Shown piece after piece: positions 1 to 7,567 of a stretch of DNA of 21,831 nt. The translations under genes were made by a program, and so were the position numbers. The DNA lies in contig DASTUP010000100.1 in NCBI GenBank assembly GCA_035759585.1, positions 1 through 21,831 of the forward strand. The letters run 5' to 3'. Under the pieces are notes generated by a model. The model had not been told where the DNA came from. It was given only the letters and a program-made list of their open reading frames with translations, and did not search any database. Position 1 is the stretch's first letter. Every line of letters begins with the position of its first letter. Origin of the DNA: Gemmatimonadales bacterium (GTDB lineage Bacteria > Gemmatimonadota > Gemmatimonadetes > Gemmatimonadales > GWC2-71-9).

Positions 1-1
1 C

Positions 2-937
2 CGGGTGCGGCCGCCCCGCGGGCCGAAGCCCCCACGCGTGCGCGGCGCGGGCGACTGCGACGACGAGGACGACAGCCGCATCTTCGCCATCCAGGCGCTG
101 ATGCACAGCAACAGCGAGCGGGCGGTCCCGCTGCTGCGGAAAGTCATGGAGCGCCGCGATTCGGCTTCGGTATGCCTCCGCCGCTTCGCGACGATGGTCG
201 CGGCCCAGCAGCGCAGCGCGGAGGCCACCGACCTCCTGCTCACGGCCGCCCGCAACGATCCCGACAGCGAGGTGCGGACGCAGGCGATCTTCTGGCTCTC
301 GCAGGTGAACGATCCCCGCGTCGTGCCGATCCTCGATTCGGTGATGCGGAGCTCGAACGACGAGGACCTGCAGCGCTCGGCGATCTTCGCGCTCTCGCAG
401 CAGCGGAGCCCGGAGGCGCGGCGGCTCCTCCGGAGCTACGTCGAGCGCGACGACATTGCCGACGAGGCCCGCTCGCAGGCGCTCCACTTCCTGGCGATGG
501 GCAACGACCCCGACGACATGGCCTTCCTCCGGAACGCCTACGCGAAGGTGAAGAGCCCGGAGGTCAAGCAGCAGATCATGGCGGGCATGCTGTCGAACCG
601 CTCGCCCGAGCATGCGAAGTGGCTCATCGGCATCGCGAAAGACCGGAACGAGGACATGGAAGTGCGGAAGCAGGCGCTCTTCTTCGCCGGGATGGCGGAG
701 ACGAGCACCGAGGACCTGCTCGACGTCTACAACTCGCTGCCCGACGATCCCGAGCTCCGCGAGCACATGCTCGTGGTCCTGGGCCAGCGGTCGAGCGATC
801 CGGCGGCGGTGACGCACCTGCTCGAGATCGCACGGACGGAGAAGGATCCCGAGCTCAGGAAGATGGCGGTGTTCTGGCTGAGCCAGTCGGACGATCCGCG
901 GGCCACGAAGCTGCTCGAAGACATGCTGGAGGAATGA
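2..937 (+). CDS. HEAT-repeat (PBS-lyase HEAT-like) protein; 5' end probably truncated by the window edge
   Basis: The ORF runs in from position 5 with no upstream context. It has repeated 'AIFWLSQ..DPR..PIL' and 'AIFALSQ..RSPEARRLL' units typical of PBS-lyase HEAT-like repeats. There is strong GC3 bias. The stop is TGA at 935-937. Confidence 0.6.
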   Translation, partial: RVRPPRGPKPPRVRGAGDCDDEDDSRIFAIQALMHSNSERAVPLLRKVMERRDSASVCLRRFATMVAAQQRSAEATDLLLTAARNDPDSEVRTQAIFWLSQVNDPRVVPILDSVMRSSNDEDLQRSAIFALSQQRSPEARRLLRSYVERDDIADEARSQALHFLAMGNDPDDMAFLRNAYAKVKSPEVKQQIMAGMLSNRSPEHAKWLIGIAKDRNEDMEVRKQALFFAGMAETSTEDLLDVYNSLPDDPELREHMLVVLGQRSSDPAAVTHLLEIARTEKDPELRKMAVFWLSQSDDPRATKLLEDMLEE

Positions 938-941
938 TCCC

Positions 942-1685
942 ATGCGCGCCATGACCATCACCTTGCTCCTGGGGACGCTCGCCTCGCCGGCGGCGGCGCA
1001 GTCGATCGCCCGGCGCGTCGCCGCCGCACCCGATGGAACCGTCCGGATGAGCTTCGCCTCACGCGAAGGGGTCTGCGGGACGGGAGACAACATCACGATC
1101 CGCGATCACGATGATTCCGAATGGGAGAACGATTGCGAGGAGGGCCCCGTCCACGTCGCCCTCACGGTCGACGACCACCGCGTCATGGACGTGAAGACCC
1201 GCGTCGGCGGCCGGTGGCGTTCCTCCTCGAGAGCTACAGATCTCGGCACCGTGGGAGCGCGCGAGGCGGGCGAATACCTCCTCGCGCTGGCCGAGTCGAA
1301 ACATCCTGCCGCGGAGGACGCCATCTTCGCTGCGACGATCGCCGACAGCTTCACGGCGTGGCCCGGCCTGCTCAGGATCGCGCGGAACGAGTCCGCGAGG
1401 GACGACGCCAGGAAAGGCGCGATCTTCTGGCTCGGCCAGGCCGCAGGCGCCGCGGTGACGCCCGCGCTCGATTCGATCGCGACGAACGACGGCGATCGCG
1501 AGGTGAAGGAGTCGGCCATCTTCGCGCTCTCCCAGCGGCCCGCCGAGGAAGGCGTGCCGGCCCTCATCCGCATCGCCCGCACCAATCGTGACCCGGACCT
1601 GCGGCGCACCGCACTCTTCTGGCTCAGCCAGTCGAAGGACCCGCGCGCCCTCGACCTCTTCGAGGAGCTGCTGACGGACGGCTGA
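942..1685 (+). CDS. Secreted HEAT-repeat protein, a paralogue of the upstream gene
   Basis: ATG at 942 lies 8 nt after a GGAGGA. The N-terminal signal peptide is MRAMTITLLLGTLASPAAAQS. The C-terminal half repeats the 'AIFWLGQ', 'AIFALSQ', 'ALFWLSQSKDPRALDLF' HEAT-like units seen in the upstream gene. The stop is TGA at 1683-1685. Confidence 0.6.
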   Translation: MRAMTITLLLGTLASPAAAQSIARRVAAAPDGTVRMSFASREGVCGTGDNITIRDHDDSEWENDCEEGPVHVALTVDDHRVMDVKTRVGGRWRSSSRATDLGTVGAREAGEYLLALAESKHPAAEDAIFAATIADSFTAWPGLLRIARNESARDDARKGAIFWLGQAAGAAVTPALDSIATNDGDREVKESAIFALSQRPAEEGVPALIRIARTNRDPDLRRTALFWLSQSKDPRALDLFEELLTDG

Positions 1686-1690
1686 CAACC

Positions 1691-1777
1691 CTTCCGGCCC
1701 GGCGCGTGTCTAAACCTTTCGACCGCACTTCCCGTAGGGAACCGGAGACCGAAAGGGGCGGCACGCGCCGCCGGAAG
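1691..1777. promoter_or_regulatory. Long imperfect inverted repeat, a 16-bp stem with a 2-nt bulge and a ~53-nt loop, spanning the whole intergenic region and 5'UTR of the downstream gene
   Basis: cttccggcCCggcgcgtg at 1691-1708 pairs with cacgcgccgccggaag at 1762-1777. The loop contains the AT-richer segment tctaaacctttcgacc. The repeat ends 5 nt before the ATG at 1783. Confidence 0.3.
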
Positions 1778-1782
1778 ATCCC

Positions 1783-4455
1783 ATGGCCACTGCCGCACTC
1801 CTCCTCCTGCTTTCGGCCGCTTCACAGGGCCAGGCACAGGAACCAGACACGCTGCGCCGGCTCGCCGCCGCCCGGACGCCAGCGAGCATCGCTCCATCCA
1901 CCGCCCCGGCTCCCAACCGCGTCACCGCTGCCCGCGCCTCGAGCGGCATCGCGCTCGATGGACTGCTCGACGAGCCGATGTGGCGGTCGGCCACGCCGGT
2001 CACCGGATTCACGCAGAAAGATCCGAACGAGGGCCAGCCTGCGACGCAGCGCACCGAAGTGAGAGTGCTCTACGATGAAGGCGCGCTCTACATCGGTGCA
2101 GAGCTCTTCGACACATCGCCCGATTCCATCGTGGCCCAGCTCGCGCGGCGCGACCGGTTCATCACGGCCGATCGCTTCTTCGTCTTTCTCGATCCCTACA
2201 AGGATGGGCGGACGGGCTTCTACTTCGGCGTGAACGCCGCGGGCACGCTCTACGACGGCACGCTCTACAACGACGACTGGGACGACGATACCTGGGACGG
2301 CATCTGGGATGCGACGGTCGAGCGCACGGAGCGCGGTTGGACCGTGGAGATGCGGATTCCCTATTCGCAGCTCCGGTTCCAGGAGCGGCCCGAGCACCTC
2401 TGGGGCGTCAACTTCCGGCGCGACATTCCGCGCAACAACGAATCCGCCTGGCTCGTCTTCACGCCGAAGAACGGGAGCGGCTTCGTCTCGCGCTTCCACG
2501 AGCTCGGCGGCATCTCCGGCGTCCGGCCGCCGCGGCGGCTGGAGATCCTCCCGTACGTCACGGGCAAGGCGGCATTCCTCGATCATGCCGAAGGCGATCC
2601 GTTCAACGACGGCTCGCGCTACTCGCCGAGCGCCGGCGTGGACGTGAAGCTCGGACTCGGCAGCAACCTCACCGTGGACGCGACGGTCAACCCCGACTTC
2701 GGACAGGTCGAGGTGGACCCGGCCGTCGTCAACCTGAGCGACGTCGAGTCGTTCTTCGACGAGAAGCGCCCCTTCTTCATCGAGGGCGCCAACATCTTCA
2801 ACTTCGGCTCCGGCGGCGCGAACAACTTCTGGGGCTTCAACAACCCGACGCCCGACTTCCTTTATACCCGCCGCATCGGCCGCGCGCCGCAGATCGGCGC
2901 CGACGTCCCGGCGGGCGGCTATGTCGACTCACCCGAGGGCACGCACATCCTCGGCGCGGCCAAGCTCTCCGGCAAGATCGGCGACTGGAGCCTCGGCACC
3001 CTGAGCGCGTTCACCAAGCAAGAGTCCGCCACGATCGACGACGGCGCCGGCGAGCGGTTCCGCGCCGAAGTCGAGCCGTTCACCTACTACGGCGCGGCGC
3101 GCATGCAGAAGGACTTCAATTCCGGCCGCCAGGGGCTCGGCTTCCTCTCGACGGCCACGATGCGCCGGCTCGACGACGCGAGCCGGGACCAGCTGAGCAG
3201 CGGCGCGTATGCCCTCGCGATGGACGGCTGGACCTTCCTCGACAGCGACCGCATGTGGGCGCTGACCGCATGGGCCGGCGCGAGCCACGTGCGAGGCTCC
3301 GCGCTGCAGATGGAGCGGCTCCAGCGGAACTCGATCCACTACTTCCAGCGCCCCGACGCCGACCACGTCGAGGTCGACCCGACGGCGACGGGCCTGACCG
3401 GCTTCGGCGGCCGAGTCACGCTGAACAAGCAGAAGGGCAACTGGTACACCAACACGGCGGCGGCCTTCCTCACCCCGGGCTTCGAGGTGAACGACCTCGG
3501 CTTCCAGTGGACGAGCGACGTGATCAACGCGCACCAGGTGGTCGGCTACCGCTGGCGCACGCCGACCGACTGGTACCGCCAGATCAACGTGAACACGTCG
3601 GTGTCGGCGAGCTGGGACTTCGGTGGGAACAAGGTGCACCACATGCACTGGTTCAACTCCAACATCCAGCTGCCGAACTACTACTGGTTCTTCCTGGGCG
3701 GGAACGCGCTGCCCGACCGCATCAACAACCGGCGCACGCGCGGCGGCCCGCTGACGGTCAATCCGTCCGGGTATTCCCTGTTCGGCGGGTTCGATTCGGA
3801 CGACCGGAAGTCCGTCTTCTTCGGGATGGAGGGATCGATCGGGCGCTTCTCGCAGGAATCGGAGCGGAGCTGGAGCCTGTCGAGCTACATCGAGTGGAAG
3901 CCGATGGACCGCCTCTCCCTTCGGGTGAGCCCGTCGGTGGAGAAGCTGAAGGCGGGAGCGCAGTTCGTCGGCACGCTCGACGATCCGGCCGTCATCTCGA
4001 CGTTCGGCCGCGAGTACATCTTCGCGCCGATCAACCAGACGACCTTCTCATCGTCCGTGCGGATGAACTGGATCTTCACGCCGAAGCTGAGCCTCGAGCT
4101 CTATGCCCAGCCGCTCATCTCGTCGGTGGATTACGGCGACCTCCGCGCGCTCGAGGCGCCGCGCACGTACAGCTTCATCCCGACCGACGGTGTCGGCCCT
4201 GACCCAGACGGCGCCGGACCGGAGCAGGCGGCGCAGGTGACGGCGAATGACTTCACCTTCGCCTCGCTTCGCGGCAACGCCGTCATGCGCTGGGAGTACC
4301 TGCCGGGGAGCACGCTCTTCCTCGTCTGGACCCAGAGCCGCGCCGCCACCGAAGACCTCGGCAGCTTCCGGTTCCGCGAGTCGTTCGACCAGCTGATCGG
4401 GGCGAAGGCGGACAACATCTTTCTCGTGAAGTTGACGTACTGGTGGAATCCGTAG
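1783..4455 (+). CDS. Large secreted or outer-membrane protein with a CBM9-like N-terminal domain and a DUF5916-type body
   Basis: The signal peptide is MATAALLLLLSAASQGQAQEP. The motif 'IALDGLLDEPMW..ATPVTGF..' resembles the CBM family-9-like module. 'FFVFLDPYKDGRTGFYFGVNAAGTLYDG' and the long Gly/aromatic-rich beta-strand-like C-terminal region ending in an aromatic residue ('LTYWWNP') match my recollection of DUF5916 proteins. It is 890 aa and the stop is TAG at 4453-4455. Confidence 0.5.
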   Translation: MATAALLLLLSAASQGQAQEPDTLRRLAAARTPASIAPSTAPAPNRVTAARASSGIALDGLLDEPMWRSATPVTGFTQKDPNEGQPATQRTEVRVLYDEGALYIGAELFDTSPDSIVAQLARRDRFITADRFFVFLDPYKDGRTGFYFGVNAAGTLYDGTLYNDDWDDDTWDGIWDATVERTERGWTVEMRIPYSQLRFQERPEHLWGVNFRRDIPRNNESAWLVFTPKNGSGFVSRFHELGGISGVRPPRRLEILPYVTGKAAFLDHAEGDPFNDGSRYSPSAGVDVKLGLGSNLTVDATVNPDFGQVEVDPAVVNLSDVESFFDEKRPFFIEGANIFNFGSGGANNFWGFNNPTPDFLYTRRIGRAPQIGADVPAGGYVDSPEGTHILGAAKLSGKIGDWSLGTLSAFTKQESATIDDGAGERFRAEVEPFTYYGAARMQKDFNSGRQGLGFLSTATMRRLDDASRDQLSSGAYALAMDGWTFLDSDRMWALTAWAGASHVRGSALQMERLQRNSIHYFQRPDADHVEVDPTATGLTGFGGRVTLNKQKGNWYTNTAAAFLTPGFEVNDLGFQWTSDVINAHQVVGYRWRTPTDWYRQINVNTSVSASWDFGGNKVHHMHWFNSNIQLPNYYWFFLGGNALPDRINNRRTRGGPLTVNPSGYSLFGGFDSDDRKSVFFGMEGSIGRFSQESERSWSLSSYIEWKPMDRLSLRVSPSVEKLKAGAQFVGTLDDPAVISTFGREYIFAPINQTTFSSSVRMNWIFTPKLSLELYAQPLISSVDYGDLRALEAPRTYSFIPTDGVGPDPDGAGPEQAAQVTANDFTFASLRGNAVMRWEYLPGSTLFLVWTQSRAATEDLGSFRFRESFDQLIGAKADNIFLVKLTYWWNP

Positions 4456-4487
4456 GGACGGTCGGCAGGAGACGGCAGGCGGAATGA

Positions 4488-4585
4488 TGTCATCCTGAGG
4501 GAGCGAAGCGACCGAAGGATCTCGCCGGTGAGTTCCGGGGACCGGTGAGTAGATCCCTCGGTCGCGATGCTCCCTCGGGATGACA
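4488..4585. repeat. REP/MITE-like palindromic intergenic element with two ~34-bp inverted arms and a 30-bp spacer
   Basis: Arm 1 is tgtcatcctgagggagcgaagcgaccgaaggatc (4488-4521). The reverse complement of arm 2 (4552-4585) is tgtcatcccgagggagcatcgcgaccgagggatc. The spacer holds the direct repeat ccggtgagt twice. The arm core GTCATCCTGAG..GCGAAGGATC is a dispersed repeat type I recognise. It mistranslates to '..ILRFAQDD..' or '..SEAKDL..' in several phyla. A partial third copy, ctcggggatgacc, lies at 4599-4611. Confidence 0.55.
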
Positions 4586-4650
4586 GCGTCGCGTCGCCGC
4601 TCGGGGATGACCCCGCCTACCGCCTGCCGCTTCCCGCCCTACATTCCATC

Positions 4651-5703
4651 ATGCGCCCCCATCTCATCGTCCTCGCCCTCCTCGCCGCCTGCACCGACCC
4701 TGCTCCGATCCCCGCAGCGAGGCTCGTCCCCGGGCCGGACACGCTCCGCCTCCCGATCGTCGAAGCGACCGATGGCGCCTGGCTCGGCGGAAGCCGGTTT
4801 GCCCTGCTCTCGCCGGCCGACAACGCCGTGGCAGTCGTGGACCTCGATGGCGGGACGTTCCGCATCATCGATCAGTCGTCGGGCGAGCTGCAGCATCCCA
4901 CGGGCCTCTTCGCGCTCGGCGACACCCTCTTCATCAGCGACTGGGCACGCCGCCGCGCGACCGCGTGGACGGCGGATGGATCGATGGTGCGATCGATGCC
5001 GGCCGTCGATGCGCTCCGGGGTGCGCTGCCCCGGGCCATCGACGCGCGCGGCGCGCTCTACTACGAAGTGCCGCCACTCGCGGGCCGCGATGGCAGCGGC
5101 AATCGCGACAGCGCCGCGGTGGTGCGCGTCGATCGCGCGGGGACGATCGACACGATCGCGCGGCTCGCGCCGCTCGACATCGCCGAGGTGGCGGGCGAGC
5201 GGGGAGCTCGCTTCGAGCGCCGTGTCTTCAGCGGCGACGACGAGTGGGGCGTGCTGCCCGACGGGTCGCTCTGGGTCGCCCGCACGTACCAGAACCGCGT
5301 GGACTGGATCGACTCGGCGGGCGTGCACGAGGGAGAGCGGCTCGTCGATCGCGTGCTGGAAGTGACCCGGACCGACCGCGAGCGTTTCGTCGAGCGCTTC
5401 CCGGCCGAGCTCCGCGCGTCCGCCGAGCGCCTGCCCTTCTCGCCGATCAAGCCGCCCTTCGTGCGCGGCTTCACCGTCCTGCCGGGCGAGGTCTGGCTCG
5501 AAAAGAGCCGCTCGATCCTCGATTCCATGCAGCTCTACCACCGTGTCGGCCGCGACGGCGAGCTGATCCGCGAGCTCCGCCTCGAAGGTTGGCCTCGCAC
5601 CCTCGCGGCCTCCGATCGCCAGGCACTCATCGTCCTGGCCGACTCGATCGGCATCCGCGTCGTGGCAGGCGAAAGCAGGGACGTAACCACTGCCGGGGAG
5701 TGA
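4651..5703 (+). CDS. Hypothetical lipoprotein
   Basis: The ORF-track start at 4567 lies inside the palindromic repeat. The in-frame ATG at 4651 gives a classical lipoprotein signal, MRPHLIVLALLAAC|TDP. GC3 bias is strong. The stop is TGA at 5701-5703. I recognise no confident family; 'LFALGDTLFISDW' and repeated Gly/Asp turns hint at a beta-propeller-like fold. Confidence 0.55.
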   Translation: MRPHLIVLALLAACTDPAPIPAARLVPGPDTLRLPIVEATDGAWLGGSRFALLSPADNAVAVVDLDGGTFRIIDQSSGELQHPTGLFALGDTLFISDWARRRATAWTADGSMVRSMPAVDALRGALPRAIDARGALYYEVPPLAGRDGSGNRDSAAVVRVDRAGTIDTIARLAPLDIAEVAGERGARFERRVFSGDDEWGVLPDGSLWVARTYQNRVDWIDSAGVHEGERLVDRVLEVTRTDRERFVERFPAELRASAERLPFSPIKPPFVRGFTVLPGEVWLEKSRSILDSMQLYHRVGRDGELIRELRLEGWPRTLAASDRQALIVLADSIGIRVVAGESRDVTTAGE

Positions 5704-5715
5704 TTTTTTTCTGGA

Positions 5716-5763
5716 CGCGAAGGCACGAAGAGAGAAGGACTCCTCTCCCTTCGTGACTTCGCG
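5716..5763. terminator. Imperfect ~22-bp hairpin between convergent genes, preceded by a T7 run
   Basis: cgcgaaggcacgaagagagaagga pairs with tcctctcccttcgtgacttcgcg, in 7+7 perfect blocks plus a partial block. The TGAtttttttc run at 5704-5710 is very unusual in this GC-rich DNA. The hairpin lies between the + gene ending at 5703 and the - gene ending at 5792. Confidence 0.4.
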
Positions 5764-5791
5764 GCTTCGTGTCTTCGTGTTCCAGTAAGAG

Positions 5792-6517
5792 TCAGTCCAA
5801 TATCGGCGGATCTTCGTTCGGCGGTGTGTTGGGTCCCGGCCGGTCGGTGCGGCGGCGGTCGCGGCGCTGGCCCGCTTCGTACCAGCGGCGGGTTACCTCG
5901 CCCGCGAGCTCGCGGTTGCCGAGGCCGAAGGCGAGTCCCACCGCGAGCGCCACGGCGCCGAGAATCAGCGTGAACGCCGCCGTCACGATCTCCTCTGCGA
6001 CGCCGACCTGCTGCAGCGCCATGAAGATCGCGATCATGATGACCGCGCCCTTCGCGAGCTTGGCGAGGGTCGGAACTCCTTCCACCGTTCCCGCCGACGC
6101 GAGGATCAGCCCGCGCACGAACTCCCCCACGATCATCCCCAGGATCACGACGACGATCGCCGAGATGAGCGTCGGGATGTAGCCGAGCATCAGGCCGAAC
6201 ATCTCGTTGATGCTCTCGAGCCCGAGCGCGGTGCTCGAGAGGAGGATCACCACGAGCATGACCAGCCAGAAGACGAGCTTGGCGAGCGTGCGGATCGGAT
6301 CGAGCCGCGACCCCGTCCGGCCGACGACCTCATCGAGGCCGCCTGCCGCCGCCATCCGGTTGAAGTCCATCCGCTTGAGCGTATCGTCCGCCCACCGCTG
6401 CATCTGCCGCGCGAGGAAGTATCCCGTCAGCAGGATGAGGAGCGCGCCGAGGAGCGCGGGAAGCACGCTTCCGATCTCGCTCGCACCGATCCAGACCCGT
6501 TCCCACAATTCGTTCAC
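5792..6517 (-). CDS. Membrane protein with conserved TM-helix repeats, related to mechanosensitive channels
   Basis: It has several predicted TM helices in two similar halves ('SEIGSVLPALLGALLILLTGYFLAR..' and 'ESINEMFGLMLGYIPTLISAIVVVILGMIVGEF..'). This matches my recollection of the Pfam 'Conserved TM helix' repeat found in MscS-like proteins. The C-terminal tail is charged and Pro-rich. The GTG start at 6517 overlaps the upstream stop as GTGA. Confidence 0.4.
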   Translation of the reverse strand: MNELWERVWIGASEIGSVLPALLGALLILLTGYFLARQMQRWADDTLKRMDFNRMAAAGGLDEVVGRTGSRLDPIRTLAKLVFWLVMLVVILLSSTALGLESINEMFGLMLGYIPTLISAIVVVILGMIVGEFVRGLILASAGTVEGVPTLAKLAKGAVIMIAIFMALQQVGVAEEIVTAAFTLILGAVALAVGLAFGLGNRELAGEVTRRWYEAGQRRDRRRTDRPGPNTPPNEDPPILD

Positions 6518-7551
6518 GACGACACCTCGATCACGAGTTTACCCGACTGCTCTCCGCCGGCGAGAAGGCGGAATGCTTCCACGGCGGAGGCGAGCGGGAG
6601 GACACGATCCACGTGCGGCCACAGTTTTCCCGAATGGGCGAGCGCCACGATCTCGCGGAACTCGGCGCGCGATCCCATCGTCGACCCGAGGAGCGACCAC
6701 TGGTGCCAGAAGAGCCGCCGCACGTCGATGTCCACGATCGGGCCGCTGGTGGCGCCGCAGGTCACCAGTCGGCCGCCGCGCGAGAGGCACCGGAGCGACC
6801 GCTGCCACGTCTTTTCGCCGACGCTGTCCACGACGACCTGCGCACCGCGCCTTCCTGAAATGCGCTTCACCTCGGCCACGACATCCTCACTCGCATGGTT
6901 CACCACGTGGTCGGCGCCGAGCCGCCGCGCGAGCTCGAGCTTGGCGGGCGCGCCGCTCGTCGCGATCACCACCGCGCCGAGGTGCCGCGCGATGCGGATC
7001 GCCGCCTGCGCCACGCCACCGCCGGCGCCCCAGACGAGGACGGTCTCGCCGGCGCGGAGCCGCGCGCGCGTCGTCAGCATCCGCCACGCGGTGAGCGTCG
7101 ACAGCGGAAAGGCGGCCGCTTCGGCCCAGCTCATTCCCTCGGGAACCGGCGCGGCGTTCACCGCCGGGATCACGACATGCTCGGCGATCGTTCCCGCCCG
7201 GTGCTCGCCAAGAATGGCGTAGCGCTCGCAGAGCGGATGATCGCCCCGCCTGCAGGCGTCGCATTCGCCGCACGAGACGCCGGGGTCGAGCATCACCCTG
7301 TCGCCAACCTGGACGCCCTGCACCGCGGATCCGACCGATTCGACCACCCCGGCCGCATCCGACCCGACTACGTGCGGAAGCGGGAGCGAGAATTTCGGCA
7401 GGCCGTTCGCGACGAAGATATCGAGCCGGTTGAGCGCGGCGGCGCGAACCCGGACACGGATCTCGTCAGGCGCCGGGATCCCGGGATCGGGAACTTCGGC
7501 CACCGCGAGATGCTCGATCCCGCCGAGCGCGGCGAGCGTGAGCGCCCGCAT
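6514..7551 (-). CDS. Zinc-containing medium-chain alcohol dehydrogenase or quinone oxidoreductase (MDR family)
   Basis: The N-terminus MRALTLAALGGIEHLAVAEVPDPGIPAPDEIRVRV.. is GroES-like. The structural zinc motif is CGECDACRRGDHPLC. The Rossmann motif is VLVWGAGGGVAQAAIRIAR. The ORF-track N-terminal extension to 7812 is rejected. The ATG at 7549-7551 sits after a GGA, and the upstream gene ends at 7568. Confidence 0.8.
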   Translation of the reverse strand: MRALTLAALGGIEHLAVAEVPDPGIPAPDEIRVRVRAAALNRLDIFVANGLPKFSLPLPHVVGSDAAGVVESVGSAVQGVQVGDRVMLDPGVSCGECDACRRGDHPLCERYAILGEHRAGTIAEHVVIPAVNAAPVPEGMSWAEAAAFPLSTLTAWRMLTTRARLRAGETVLVWGAGGGVAQAAIRIARHLGAVVIATSGAPAKLELARRLGADHVVNHASEDVVAEVKRISGRRGAQVVVDSVGEKTWQRSLRCLSRGGRLVTCGATSGPIVDIDVRRLFWHQWSLLGSTMGSRAEFREIVALAHSGKLWPHVDRVLPLASAVEAFRLLAGGEQSGKLVIEVSS

Positions 7552-7567
7552 CAGGATCCGGCCGCCG

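Noticed and set aside
935-944. Possibility that the TGA at 935-937 is a Sec codon fusing the two HEAT-repeat genes.
   Set aside because: The downstream gene is in a different frame and has its own RBS and signal peptide, and no SECIS-like hairpin follows.
172-954. Long alternative-frame ORFs, such as 172..954, 2337..4202, 4580..5365, 4965..5756, 6207..7094, 8202..9914, 11108..12157, 13766..14500, 15105..15818 and 15701..17368. They encode Arg/Ala/Pro/Gly-rich 'proteins'.
   Set aside because: These are typical shadow ORFs of ~70% GC DNA. They lack recognisable domains, overlap better-supported genes in other frames, and have low-complexity composition (RRRGRPA...).
624-1897. Antisense ORFs opposite real genes, such as 1059..1688(-), 1106..1897(-), 1822..2586(-), 2929..3648(-), 4639..5541(-), 10977..12701(-), 13473..14585(-), 14809..15570(-), 16077..17381(-), 17285..18451(-), 17689..19137(-), 18156..18947(-) and 20327..21430(-).
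   Set aside because: Each is the antisense or another frame of a gene with clear homology (DUF5916, amidohydrolase, SelD, RNase H, thiolase, SPFH and others). They have no domain signatures and a biased Arg/Ala composition.
4567-4650. ORF-track start at 4567 for the lipoprotein gene ('MLPRDDSVASPLGDD..').
   Set aside because: This ATG lies inside arm 2 of the palindromic repeat, which often spawns spurious starts. The in-frame ATG at 4651 gives a perfect lipoprotein signal peptide.
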